Of a stretch of 64,000 bases of DNA, positions 49,013 through 59,872 are shown piece by piece. The stretch is taken from the NCBI GenBank assembly GCA_963772835.1, contig CAVYYZ010000005.1:64001-128000 (forward strand), in the 5' to 3' direction. Positions within the stretch are counted from its first letter, which is position 1; every line of letters starts with the position of its first letter. The translations under genes were made by a program, and so were the position numbers. The stretch comes from an uncultured delta proteobacterium. Its GTDB lineage: Bacteria; Desulfobacterota; Desulfuromonadia; Geobacterales; Pseudopelobacteraceae. Below the pieces are notes generated by a model. The model saw only the letters and a list, made by a program, of their open reading frames with translations. It did no database searches and had not been told where the DNA came from.

Positions 49013-49243
49013 ATGACAGGTAAAACGAATCAAGACCCCCTGCAGGGTGTTACCTTACTGATGATACTTTCCGAACTGGTAGTGCGTTACGGCTGGGAGG
49101 AGATGGGAAAGACAATCGATATCCGCTGTTTTACTCATGATCCAAGCATCTCTTCCAGCCTGAAATTTTTGAGAAGGACACCATGGGCCAGAGACAGGGT
49201 AGAGGAGATGTATCTGCGCTGGAAGATAGAGTCCTCTGGATAA
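49013..49243 (+). CDS. VF530/DUF2132 family protein
   Basis: PLQGVTL...YGWE...CF..DPSISSSLKFLRRTPWAR..VE..Y. Confidence 0.88.
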   Translation: MTGKTNQDPLQGVTLLMILSELVVRYGWEEMGKTIDIRCFTHDPSISSSLKFLRRTPWARDRVEEMYLRWKIESSG

Positions 49244-49326
49244 CGGCATTTAAGTAGGGTGGTATTGTATCTGCTGAAAAAGCCGCTTCCATGAATGCGG
49301 GGAGGATAACTGCCGGACTTCCGTTA

Positions 49327-49734
49327 TCAAATCAGATGGCAACTGAAGCAGAGAGCGCTGCCTCCATTGTCAACGATCAGATAGAATTTTGTCGATTTTT
49401 TCAGGTCGTGGCATGAGACACAGCTCACCATGCCGTTGAACAGTCGAATTCCTTTTGCCTGTAATGATTCTGCCGGCGCGTAGGAGTTTTCCTTCGAACG
49501 GGGGGGGTACTCCTTGAAAATGGAGTGCGGAGTTGCAAAACCGCAGTCAACTGTACAAAAGCGGGCTTGTCGGGCAGTGACACCATTATGGCAGACAATA
49601 CAATCATTCGGTCCGCCATCATTATCAATAATCTGTCCGTAATGAACAACCTGCTCAGAGGAAATTCCAGCCTTCAGAAAAATCAACAGTAAAGCGATCA
49701 GAACAGAAGCTGTAATCAACGCCATGATCCTCAT
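49327..49734 (-). CDS. Small multiheme cytochrome c (three CxxCH, doubled-CxxCH type)
   Basis: Signal/anchor segment, CIVCH, CVSCH and CFSCH. Confidence 0.88.
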   Translation of the reverse strand: MRIMALITASVLIALLLIFLKAGISSEQVVHYGQIIDNDGGPNDCIVCHNGVTARQARFCTVDCGFATPHSIFKEYPPRSKENSYAPAESLQAKGIRLFNGMVSCVSCHDLKKSTKFYLIVDNGGSALCFSCHLI

Positions 49735-49792
49735 AAACCCCGCCTTGTTACAGTACAGTAAGGTACGGATATGTTCAGTTTATGTAATCACA

Positions 49793-49808
49793 AGCAACCG
49801 GCGTACCA
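49793..49808 (-). promoter_or_regulatory. Putative sigma54 -24/-12 promoter of the cytochrome gene
   Basis: TGGTACG-CCGG-TTGCT versus consensus TGGCACG-N4-TTGCW, about 60 bp upstream of the start. Confidence 0.7.
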
Positions 49809-50041
49809 ATCGTTAACATGCTAAAGTTATGATACTATTTCTATGTGCCCTGCGATTCGATGGCATTAAGTGTACGTTCCTCCGACAGATTTGATACAAA
49901 TTTTACAGCGCGGCATCCCGGTCCGGCAGCCGGCCGGTTGCTTGACGAGAACCTCGCATTTTCAATCACATGTAGCAGAAGCTCACAACGCCCCGCCTCA
50001 TTTCTGAAGCGGAGCGCTGGTTTTTTTCGAGTCAAAAAAAT

Positions 50042-53000
50042 TTATTCCGCTATGATAATAACCAGATCTTCCTTCTCGACTTTGTCACCTTCTTTAAACT
50101 TTACATCCGCAACCGCACCATCGGCTTTGGCCTTGATGTTGGTCTCCATCTTCATCGCCTCGGTAACCATCAGGACATCTCCCGATTTAATGATATCTCC
50201 AGGCTTGACGTTAACCTTCAACACCTTGCCCGGCATCGGGGCCGCAATGTGGCTGGGATTTCCCTTTTCAGCCTTCTCCCGTACCATCTGGTCGCTTTGA
50301 ACAGACTGATCACGGATAACAACCGAACGATTGTTTCCGTTCAACTCGAAATATACAGCGCGGGTACCGTCACTCTGAACCCTTCCGACTGTATTGAGCT
50401 TGATGATAAGGGTTTTGCCCGGCTCTATATCCAGAGAGGTCTCCTGGCCCGGTTCAAGACCATAGAAGAAGATCGGAGTCGGAATAACGGAGGTATCGGA
50501 AAACTCCTGTCGATGCCGGTCGAATTCCGGGTAAACATTCGGATATAAAATGGAGGATATCAGCGTCCTGTCGTCGACACGGTGGCCGAGCTTCTCCTCC
50601 AGCTTCAGTTTTTCCTCTTCAAAATCAACCGGCTCAAGCAGTTCCCCGGGGCGGCAGGTAATGGGCTGTTCCCCTTTGAGGATAATTTTCTGGAGCTCCT
50701 GAGGCCATCCCTGGTACGGCTGGCCGAGCATCCCTTTGAACATACCGACGACCGATTCGGGAAAAGCAAGATCCTCTTTGGAGGTAAAGACATCCTCCGG
50801 TTCCAGATTGTTTTTGACAAGAAACATGGACATATCGCCGACAACTTTTGAGGATGGTGTGACCTTAACAATATCCCCGAACATCATGTTTACCTTGTGG
50901 TACATCTCCTTGCAGTCATCCCAGCGCTCAATCAAACCCAGACCGGCAACCTGCGGTTTGTAGTTTGAATACTGACCCCCCGGGATTTCGTGGTGATATA
51001 CCTCGGCAGTACCGCTCTTGAGACCGGACTCGAAGGGTGAATAGTAATCACGTACCGTCTCCCAATAGTTGGCAAGTTTCTGCAGACCCGGTGCGTTGAC
51101 CAGAGGATCCCGCTCAGACCCTTCCAGGGTTGCAACCAGAGCGTTCAGGTTAGGCTGTGCGGTGAGACCTGACAGTGAAGAAAGTGCTGCATCAACGATA
51201 TCTACACCGGCTTCACTGGCCTTGAGCAGCATGGCGCTGCCGTTTGAAGAGGTGTCGTGGGTATGAAGATGAATCGGAATGCCGATATTTTCTTTAAGCG
51301 CCTTGACCAGCTTGTAGGCCGCAAGCGGCTTAAGCAGGCCGGCCATATCTTTGATTGCCAGAATATGGGCACCCATCTTCTCAAGCTCTTTCGCCATGTT
51401 GACATAGTACTCAAGCGGATACTTGTCCCGTTTCGGATCGGTGATGTCGCCGGTATAGCAGATTGCCGCTTCACAGATCTTTCCCGAACGGCGCACCGAA
51501 TCCATCGCGACCTTCATGCCGGTTGTCCAGTTGAGTGAGTCGAATATGCGAAAGACATCGACACCGGAGTCGGCGGCCTCTTCAACAAACTTTTGCACGA
51601 CATTATCAGGATAATTGGTATAGCCGACCGCGTTAGAACCGCGCAGAAGCATCTGAAACAGGATGTTGGGAATAAGCTCCGACAGTTTATGCAGACGCTG
51701 CCACGGATCCTCCTTCAAAAAACGCATCGAAACGTCAAACGTTGCCCCCCCCCAGCACTCCAGTGAAAACAGGTCGGCACCCAGATAGGAGGTTGGTTCG
51801 GCGATCTTGAGGAGGTCATAGCTGCGCACACGGGTTGCCAGATTGGACTGGTGGGCATCGCGCATGGTAGTGTCGGTAATCAGCAGTTTTTTCTGTTCAA
51901 GAATCCACCTGGAGAGCCCCTCTGCCCCCAATTGCATGAATAGATCCTTGCTGCCTGCCGGACGCGGTCTGTTTGAATCGACATGGGGAACGCGGGCTTC
52001 AATCAACTCTGCTGACTTGAGCGGTTTCGCGACACCGGGTGAACCGTTAACAATAACCTCTCCCAGAAAATTCAGCACTTTACTGGCTCGGTCCTGTTTC
52101 TCTCTGAAGCGAAGCAGCTCAGGGTGCTTTTCAATAAAGGATGTATCGCACTGTCCGCGGAGAAAGACCGGATGAGTGATGACGTTTTCGAGAAATCCTA
52201 TATTGGTCTTGACCCCGCGTACACGGAATTCCTGCAGGGCACGATTCATGATATTGGCGGCCTCTGAAAATGAGAGCCCCCATGCGCAGATCTTAACCAG
52301 TAATGAGTCGTAATGAGGGGTTATCTTGGCACCGGTAAAAGCATTACCGGCATCCAGGCGCACACCAAAGCCGGCAGCAGATCGGTAGGTAGTCAGTGTT
52401 CCAAAATCCGGAGCAAAATTATTAGCCGGGTCTTCAGTAGTAATACGGCACTGAATTGCGTAGCCACGCATATCGATGGCACTCTGCGAAGGTATATTTA
52501 TCTCGGGATCAGAAAGTTTGTGCCCACAGGCGACCAGGATCTGGTTCTGTACCAGATTGCGACCGGTAATCATTTCAGTCACAGTATGCTCAACCTGAAT
52601 CCGGGGGTTCATCTCGATAAAATAATGTTTGCCTTCGCTGTCCACAAGAAATTCAATAGTACCGGCATTACGGTATTTTACGTGTCCGGCAATTTTGAGC
52701 GCCGCCGTACAGAGCTCCTCCCGCTGGGCCCGTGTCAGGGAGAGTGACGGTGCAAATTCGACCACTTTCTGATGACGCCTTTGAACAGAGCAATCCCTGT
52801 CGAAAAAGTGAACCAGATTGCCGTAGTTATCTCCAAGGACCTGAACTTCTATATGTTTCGGATGTGCCAGGTAGCGCTCCAGAAAAATTTCGGGGTTACC
52901 GAAGGAAGCCCTGGCCTCGCTGCTGGCTGCAACGAGGCCCTCAAGCAGCTCCTTTTTGTTGTTGGCCACGCGCATTCCGCGACCACCACCACCTGCGGAT

Positions 53001-53491
53001 GCTTTGATAATGATTGGATAGCCGTGCTCTTTGGCAAATATCAGCGCATCCTCTTCTTTCTCAATCGGGCTTTCCGTTCCGGGTACAACATTAACTCCGG
53101 CGGCAATCGCCGCTCTTCTCCCCGAGACCTTGTCCCCAAGCGAGCGCATCATTTCGGCTGAAGGCCCGATAAAAGTTATACCGTTTACCCGGCACTCTTC
53201 GGCGAATTCGGCATTTTCGGCCAGAAATCCGTAGCCGGGATGGATTGCATCGACGTCTGCCTTAAGCGCCAGAGCGATGATCTCGTCGATGCCGAGGTAC
53301 GCATCGATCGGCGATTTTCCTTTACCGATCAGGTAGGCTTCGTCAGCTTTGTAGCGATGCAGTGAGAGCTTATCTTCTTCGGAATAGAGCGCCACCGTGC
53401 CGATACCAAGCTCAGTACAGGCCCGGAAGATACGGATGGCAATTTCACCTCTGTTGGCTGCCATAACTTTACGAAACCGGTATTTTTCCAT
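50042..53491 (-). CDS. pyc: Pyruvate carboxylase
   Basis: ANRGEIAIR, HPGYGFL, RDAHQS, HEIPGGQYSN and the EAMKM biotin site. Confidence 0.97.
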   Translation of the reverse strand: MEKYRFRKVMAANRGEIAIRIFRACTELGIGTVALYSEEDKLSLHRYKADEAYLIGKGKSPIDAYLGIDEIIALALKADVDAIHPGYGFLAENAEFAEECRVNGITFIGPSAEMMRSLGDKVSGRRAAIAAGVNVVPGTESPIEKEEDALIFAKEHGYPIIIKASAGGGGRGMRVANNKKELLEGLVAASSEARASFGNPEIFLERYLAHPKHIEVQVLGDNYGNLVHFFDRDCSVQRRHQKVVEFAPSLSLTRAQREELCTAALKIAGHVKYRNAGTIEFLVDSEGKHYFIEMNPRIQVEHTVTEMITGRNLVQNQILVACGHKLSDPEINIPSQSAIDMRGYAIQCRITTEDPANNFAPDFGTLTTYRSAAGFGVRLDAGNAFTGAKITPHYDSLLVKICAWGLSFSEAANIMNRALQEFRVRGVKTNIGFLENVITHPVFLRGQCDTSFIEKHPELLRFREKQDRASKVLNFLGEVIVNGSPGVAKPLKSAELIEARVPHVDSNRPRPAGSKDLFMQLGAEGLSRWILEQKKLLITDTTMRDAHQSNLATRVRSYDLLKIAEPTSYLGADLFSLECWGGATFDVSMRFLKEDPWQRLHKLSELIPNILFQMLLRGSNAVGYTNYPDNVVQKFVEEAADSGVDVFRIFDSLNWTTGMKVAMDSVRRSGKICEAAICYTGDITDPKRDKYPLEYYVNMAKELEKMGAHILAIKDMAGLLKPLAAYKLVKALKENIGIPIHLHTHDTSSNGSAMLLKASEAGVDIVDAALSSLSGLTAQPNLNALVATLEGSERDPLVNAPGLQKLANYWETVRDYYSPFESGLKSGTAEVYHHEIPGGQYSNYKPQVAGLGLIERWDDCKEMYHKVNMMFGDIVKVTPSSKVVGDMSMFLVKNNLEPEDVFTSKEDLAFPESVVGMFKGMLGQPYQGWPQELQKIILKGEQPITCRPGELLEPVDFEEEKLKLEEKLGHRVDDRTLISSILYPNVYPEFDRHRQEFSDTSVIPTPIFFYGLEPGQETSLDIEPGKTLIIKLNTVGRVQSDGTRAVYFELNGNNRSVVIRDQSVQSDQMVREKAEKGNPSHIAAPMPGKVLKVNVKPGDIIKSGDVLMVTEAMKMETNIKAKADGAVADVKFKEGDKVEKEDLVIIIAE

Positions 53492-53634
53492 GTATAAATT
53501 CTCCTTGATGAATTTATTTAGCAAAACTAAAATTATTCAGTTATTTTAAATAGTTATGAACGATTACGTCGGCACTAAAACAGATTGATGCCGCTTTGTC
53601 AATTAGTAAGTGAGAATTTATTTTCTGAGGTTTT

Positions 53635-54249
53635 TTGCAGAAGGAATTTCGTTACCGTACACAAACCAGTTTTTCGTGCCGGGATTTTGGAGGATGCAGC
53701 TTATTGTGGTTGAAGTCCCCTGCATCTGTCTCTCCAGATCTTCGAGATCGCTACAAGACGGACGACATTGAGATCGCGTTAACGAGACTGGATGTGGATG
53801 TCGCCTTATCACAAGGAGAGAATCCACGAAATCTGAGACAAAGTATCGAAAGCGAACTTGCAGCTTACTTCAGCTCGTTTTGCGCGTCCGAAGAGCTTAT
53901 GGCACAGTCACAGTGGCTTACGTATTTCATCGATAAAGCGTTTTCTCCGGGTGACGTAGCCATCAGCTTGAACTATGATTGCGTACTGGAAGGTGCATTG
54001 GACTGCCGGGGGAAATGGTCACCAAATGAGGGATACGGCTCATCCTTAGACAACACATTCATGTGCGACGATAGAACTTCGAAGAGCCCAGTGACGGTGC
54101 TCAAAATCCACGGTTCCGCAAATTTTATAATTGCCCCCTATGCAGACAAGCCCACAGCCAGCGCGGTTAACTTTGTATTTGATGAGTACTTCTTCCCTCG
54201 TTCGGCAAAAAATACACACATTGGATACGGGGCTCGACATACATTATAA
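53635..54249 (+). pseudogene. Internal fragment of a SIR2-like (SIR2_2) protein
   Basis: ISLNYD and LKIHGS motifs are present. The N-terminal GAGxS motif, an RBS and the C-terminal part are absent. Confidence 0.65.
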
Positions 54250-54736
54250 GTTTATAAATATGGCTGGTATGCTGCTGCTGAGGTTAAAGACTTGAGCAGA
54301 GTTGAGACATTGAAAAGTTAGCAGGTCGCGATCTCAACAAAGGCATACTTGGTCACTGTCCCTCGATATGCATGTGTACAGGACGTCGTTGAAAGATGAG
54401 AGCGGGAAAAGGAGTTCGCCAGATAGAGGAAGAAGATCTTCTTCCCGAAACATTCGATTTCGATTTAAGTCGCCTATCTGTGGCTCTCGAAGCACTTCAA
54501 AGCTTCCGCTTGAAGATCATTGATTGGCTGTATCCGGAATGAACGGGCCTACCTCGCCGTTAAAGTTGGACACTCTGCGGTGTAAGCCCCGAAGAGCGTA
54601 AAACGGGGTCGAATAACGCAGGGTCGTGTCTCAACCACTTACAAATATGGTTTAACAAACACTAAAAGTCAGATAGCTTCCGGAATACTGGACAGATAAA
54701 GTGTCGCCCTCCCCTTTTTCTCTGTCTTTTTACCAC

Positions 54737-54765
54737 TTGATTTATAACACTAAGAACTATACTAT
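54737..54765 (+). promoter_or_regulatory. Promoter/operator of the TA operon
   Basis: TTGATT-17 bp-TACTAT with the imperfect palindrome TATAACACTAAGAACTATA overlapping the spacer. Confidence 0.55.
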
Positions 54766-54782
54766 TGTCAAGCAGAGGAAAT

Positions 54783-55166
54783 GTGAGGGTATTCAAAACA
54801 AAGTGGTTTGCGCGCCATGCGACTAAAGAAGGCATCGACGACGCAAAATTGGCGGAGGCTGTCCGGCAGATAGAAAAGGGGCTTATTGACGCCGACTATG
54901 GCGGAGGGATGATTAAACAACGAATCGCGCGGGAAGGCGGCGGAAAGAGCGGCGGCCACCGAAGCATCATTGCCTTTAAATCGGAAACGCGCAGCATCTT
55001 CTTTTATTCTTTTCCCAAAAGCAAAAAGGACAATCTCGACAATGCCGAGGTGAAGGAATACCGGGAAGCAACGGCAATATATCTTGGCTTAACCGACGCA
55101 CAAATTACACTGGCATTAGATAAAAAAGAACTTGTAGAGGTAGAATACAATGACGAAGAAATATAA
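54783..55166 (+). CDS. Type II toxin, RelE/ParE superfamily (HigB-like)
   Basis: VFKTKWFAR...DADYGGG.IKQRIAR..GGKSGG.R...F.K....N. Lies upstream of an HTH gene. Confidence 0.85.
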   Translation: MRVFKTKWFARHATKEGIDDAKLAEAVRQIEKGLIDADYGGGMIKQRIAREGGGKSGGHRSIIAFKSETRSIFFYSFPKSKKDNLDNAEVKEYREATAIYLGLTDAQITLALDKKELVEVEYNDEEI

Positions 55167-55470
55167 AAGCGAAGCGCTCGCGGCGCTCCACGAATCCATG
55201 CAGGGTTTACACGACATAGGCATTGTGCCGGCAAAAACGATGCGACGCTTTGACGCATCGTGCCTTGCACCGATTGAGGACATGAAGCCGGAAGAAATAG
55301 TTGAAGTTAGAAACAAAGCCGGGGTAAGTCAGGCTGTCTTTGCCCGTTATTTACGTGTGTCTCTTGGAACCGTCAGCAAGTGGGAACGGGGCGAGAAACA
55401 CCCAAGCGGTCCGGCCATTACATTACTTAATATAGTCAAGAGGAAGGGTTTAGAGTCCATCTACGCTTAA
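55150..55470 (+). CDS. Xre-family HTH antitoxin (HigA-like)
   Basis: SQAVFARYL.VS..TVSKWERGEKHPSGPA. Overlaps the toxin gene. Confidence 0.87.
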   Translation: MTKKYKSEALAALHESMQGLHDIGIVPAKTMRRFDASCLAPIEDMKPEEIVEVRNKAGVSQAVFARYLRVSLGTVSKWERGEKHPSGPAITLLNIVKRKGLESIYA

Positions 55471-55651
55471 ACCTGCCGTTTTATGGTTTTTTATGAATTG
55501 GCAGGAGAGAAAGCCGTACACTGTTTGATCACGCGAAGCAATTAATGCTTGAAGTGGCAGTAACTCCCTCTGCATAAGCTTTTTCATCTTGCCGCAATTA
55601 TCCGAATATGGTAGGTACAGCAAACGTTCAGACAGATAAATGAGGTGAATC

Positions 55652-56725
55652 ATGGATATAAAAATTGTGCCGTTGCCAGCTGAGAAGATGAAATCAAAAA
55701 TTTCTGACCAGTCGCAACTGGGCTTTGGCAAATACTTCACCGATCGGATGCTTATAGTAGAATGGAAGGCAGATCAGGGATGGTGTGACGCCCGCATCGA
55801 ACCATACGGCCCCTTCATACTTGACCCGTCCTGTTCGGTGTTCCATTATGCCCAGGAAATATTTGAAGGGCTCAAGGCCTATAAGTGGACTGACGGACGC
55901 GTGGCCCTGTTCCGCCCCGAGATGAACGCCCGCCGCTTCAATCAGTCCGGTGACCGCATCTGTATGCCGGAAGTGCCGGAAGAACTGTTCCTTGACGGCA
56001 TAAAAAAACTGGTTGCGCTGGAGCAGGAGTGGATTCCGACCACTGACGGCACGTCACTCTATATCCGTCCGGCCATGATTGCCGTGGAACCGTTTTTGGG
56101 AGTTCATCCTTCGAATCACTATTATTTCTTCGTCATCCTCTCCCCGGTGGGCGCCTATTACGCTGCCGGATTCAACCCGATAAACATCATGGTGGAGGAT
56201 CATTATGTCCGTGCCGTACCGGGGGGAACAGGCGAAGCCAAAACCGGCGGAAACTATGCAAGCTCGCTGAAAGCCGGGCTTGAAGCAAAGAAAAAAGGGT
56301 ACGATCAGGTGCTCTGGCTGGATGGCCGGGAGCGTCGCTTTATTGAAGAAGTCGGTGCCATGAATATGTTTTTTGCCTACGGCAATCATATCGTGACCGC
56401 CCCGTTAACCGGCTCGATCCTGTCGGGCGTAACGCGTGATTCAGTACTTAAACTGGCTCCGACACTTGGCTTTACAGTTGAAGAACGGCAGATTGATGTT
56501 AACGATCTGATGGCTGATATCCGTTCCGGCAAAGTCACAGAAGCGTTCGGCAGCGGTACGGCAGCGGTCATCACACCGGTCGGAAAACTCTGCTACAAGG
56601 ACGAAGTTCTGCAGCTGACCGGCGGCAGAGTTGGAAAAATCACTCAGCGACTGTATGACACACTGACCGGAATACAGACAGGTAAACTGAATGATGCGTT
56701 CGGTTGGGTTCGTTTTGTCGAGTAA
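55652..56725 (+). CDS. ilvE: Branched-chain amino acid aminotransferase
   Basis: HYAQEIFEGLKAY, LYIRP, AKTGGNY, EEVGAMN and GSGTAAVI motifs. Confidence 0.95.
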   Translation: MDIKIVPLPAEKMKSKISDQSQLGFGKYFTDRMLIVEWKADQGWCDARIEPYGPFILDPSCSVFHYAQEIFEGLKAYKWTDGRVALFRPEMNARRFNQSGDRICMPEVPEELFLDGIKKLVALEQEWIPTTDGTSLYIRPAMIAVEPFLGVHPSNHYYFFVILSPVGAYYAAGFNPINIMVEDHYVRAVPGGTGEAKTGGNYASSLKAGLEAKKKGYDQVLWLDGRERRFIEEVGAMNMFFAYGNHIVTAPLTGSILSGVTRDSVLKLAPTLGFTVEERQIDVNDLMADIRSGKVTEAFGSGTAAVITPVGKLCYKDEVLQLTGGRVGKITQRLYDTLTGIQTGKLNDAFGWVRFVE

Positions 56726-56735
56726 ACCACGTTTC

Positions 56736-56764
56736 GTAGGAGCGGGTTTGAAGCCCGCTCCTAC
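56736..56764. repeat. GTAG-family REP-like palindrome
   Basis: GTAGGAGCGGG-TTTGAAG-CCCGCTCCTAC, 10 bp after the ilvE stop. Confidence 0.7.
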
Positions 56765-56930
56765 ATGGATACGTCTCCATGCCACCAAAGAAAAGTCAAC
56801 AGACCAAATCAACTGTAAACAAGCTCTGCACATCCTGCCGCCGGACCTGTAAGCAGGTGGCGAATGCCGTCGTTGCCAAATGCCCCCGCTATTATCCCTT
56901 TAACCGCAAACTGACAAACCGTGAGTTCAC

Positions 56931-57146
56931 GTGGAAGCAGATGGATCTGGGGCTGTAGCGATTGTGCCGACTGTCAACGTGGCGCTCTGCAGCGGATGTG
57001 GTCGATGCGTGGCTGCCTGTCCTGAAAAAATAATCTCCCTGGAAACAATACAGTTTCATAAAAATGCCGTGATTATGTCCCCTGAGCATTGCAACTCCTG
57101 CGGGCGCTGTATTGAGGCCTGCCCGGTTGCAGCCCTTATACTGTGA
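56931..57146 (+). CDS. 2x[4Fe-4S] ferredoxin-like protein
   Basis: CSGCGRCVAACP and CNSCGRCIEACP. Start uncertain. Confidence 0.85.
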   Translation: MEADGSGAVAIVPTVNVALCSGCGRCVAACPEKIISLETIQFHKNAVIMSPEHCNSCGRCIEACPVAALIL

Positions 57147-57206
57147 ATATCTATTTTCACTTGATTTTACTAACCGCAGTATGCTATAAAATTCCGCTAT
57201 TCAATT

Positions 57207-57280
57207 CACACGCCTCGGTAGATCCGGTGGTGTCCCTTTCTGTTAGATGTCAGGGATTCGACGGGGCGGAGGAAAACCAA
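57207..57280 (+). ncRNA. rpsB (S2) leader, t44-like
   Basis: CACACG...GGTGGTG...GGAGG..AACC pattern directly upstream of rpsB, downstream of TTGATT-18 bp-TATAAA. Confidence 0.6.
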
Positions 57281-57291
57281 AGGAGAAACAC

Positions 57292-58056
57292 ATGTCCAGT
57301 ATCAGCATGAAAGAACTGCTCGAAGCCGGTGTCCACTTCGGTCACCAGACAAAACGTTGGAACCCAAAGATGAAACCCTACATTTTCGGGGCACGTAACG
57401 GAATTTACATCATCGATCTGCAGAAAACCGTCCGCTACTTCAAAACCGCCTACAGCTTTGTCAAGGAATCCGCTCAGGATGGCTGCACCGTTCTGTTTGT
57501 CGGCACAAAAAAACAGGCCCAGGATTCTGTCGCTGAAGAAGCAGCCCGCTGCGGCATGCATTACGTTAATCAGCGCTGGCTCGGTGGCATGCTGACTAAC
57601 TTTGCCACCGTTAAACAGAGTATTGACCGTCTCAAGAAGATAGACGCCATGTTCGAAGACGGCACTATCGAAGCCTACACAAAAAAAGAGGCACTTCAGT
57701 TTACCCGCGACCGCGAAAAACTGCAAAAGACTCTGGGCGGAATCAAAACGATGAACAAGCTCCCCGGCGTCATGTTTGTCATTGACCCGAAAAACGAAGA
57801 AATTGCCGTACAGGAAGCTAACAAACTTGGCATTCCCGTCGTCGCTGTCGTAGATACAAACTGCGATCCTGACCCGATTGACTATGTCATACCAGGCAAC
57901 GATGACGCTATCCGCGCCATCCGCTTACTCTCGGCAAAAATGGCCGATGCTGTCCTCGAAGGTATTCAGGCACGCCGAACAGCTCTGCAGACTGATACCG
58001 AGGGCACAGAAGAATACGCACCTGAAGAGGTTGCAGCAGAAGTAACCGCCGAGTAA
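57292..58056 (+). CDS. rpsB: 30S ribosomal protein S2
   Basis: [23 protein letters not shown] and PGNDDAIR motifs. Confidence 0.98.
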   Translation: MSSISMKELLEAGVHFGHQTKRWNPKMKPYIFGARNGIYIIDLQKTVRYFKTAYSFVKESAQDGCTVLFVGTKKQAQDSVAEEAARCGMHYVNQRWLGGMLTNFATVKQSIDRLKKIDAMFEDGTIEAYTKKEALQFTRDREKLQKTLGGIKTMNKLPGVMFVIDPKNEEIAVQEANKLGIPVVAVVDTNCDPDPIDYVIPGNDDAIRAIRLLSAKMADAVLEGIQARRTALQTDTEGTEEYAPEEVAAEVTAE

Positions 58057-58102
58057 GTCAAAAATTTAAATATACCTGTTGTGACAGGATAGGAGAATAG
58101 AA

Positions 58103-59038
58103 ATGGCTGTAACAGCTGCGCAGATATCAGAATTAAGAAAATCAACCGGCGCTGGAATGCTGGACTGCAAAAAGGCGCTTGAACAGACTGACGGGAATTT
58201 TGAGCAGGCAGTGGATTTCCTTCGTACAAAAGGACTTGCAGCCGCATCCAAAAAAGCCGGTCGTGCTGCGACTGAAGGCATGGTTGCTGCTGCCGTGTCT
58301 ACGGACGGCGATAAAGGTATTTTGCTTGAGATCAACAGTGAAACTGACTTCGTCGCTAAAAACGAGAAGTTCCAAGGGTTTGTAAAAGACATCGCAAACC
58401 ATATTCTGCTTGCTAACCCTGCATCTGTTGAGGAACTCTTCGCACAGCCATACTGTGGTGACAGCAGCAAGACCATCCAGACCATGCTGAATGAAGCTAT
58501 TTCCGTCATCGGCGAAAACCTCCAGATTCGACGTTTCAGCAGCTATGCCGTCTCTGGTGCCGGAGCAATCGGGTACTATATTCACGCTGGTGGTAAAATA
58601 GGTGTACTTGTGGAGGCAACCTGCGACAATGCTTCTGCCGCCAAAGACCCTCGTTTTGCCGCGTTTGTCAAGGATGTTGCAATGCACACCGCAGCGGCTT
58701 CGCCGCTGTATGTTCAGCGCAGCGAAGTTGATCCTGCAGTGCTTGAGCGGGAGAAAGACATCTATCGTGCCAAGGCACGTGAGACCGGCAAGCCTGAAAA
58801 CATCGTCGAAAAGATTATCGACGGCCAGGTCAACAAGTTCTACGCCGAGATTTGCCTGCTTGAGCAGCAGTTTGTCAAAGACACAGACAAGACCATCAAG
58901 CAATTTGCCGTTGAAACCGGCAAAGCGCTTGGCACTGTAATTACTGTTACCCGTTTCACAAAATATGCCCTCGGAGAGGGTTTGGAAAAGAAGGAATGTG
59001 ACTTTGCCGCCGAGGTGGCGGCAGTAGCCGGTCTCTAA
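58103..59038 (+). CDS. tsf: Elongation factor Ts
   Basis: [12 protein letters not shown] and NSETDFVA motifs. Confidence 0.98.
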   Translation: MAVTAAQISELRKSTGAGMLDCKKALEQTDGNFEQAVDFLRTKGLAAASKKAGRAATEGMVAAAVSTDGDKGILLEINSETDFVAKNEKFQGFVKDIANHILLANPASVEELFAQPYCGDSSKTIQTMLNEAISVIGENLQIRRFSSYAVSGAGAIGYYIHAGGKIGVLVEATCDNASAAKDPRFAAFVKDVAMHTAAASPLYVQRSEVDPAVLEREKDIYRAKARETGKPENIVEKIIDGQVNKFYAEICLLEQQFVKDTDKTIKQFAVETGKALGTVITVTRFTKYALGEGLEKKECDFAAEVAAVAGL

Positions 59039-59048
59039 CTCTTCATCG

Positions 59049-59078
59049 AAGCCGGCCTGAAATGGCCGGCTTTTTTTT
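59049..59078 (+). terminator. Terminator after tsf
   Basis: GCCGGCC-TGAAAT-GGCCGGC plus T8. Confidence 0.85.
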
Positions 59079-59120
59079 ATTCTTTTCTTGTTGGTACATA
59101 TATTTCCCGTTATTTTATAA

Positions 59121-59870
<750 letters not shown>

Positions 59871-59872
59871 AT

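Noticed and set aside
53600..55500. Integron cassette array
   Set aside because: I could not find convincing attC RYYYAAC...GTTRRRY pairs, and there is no intI gene.
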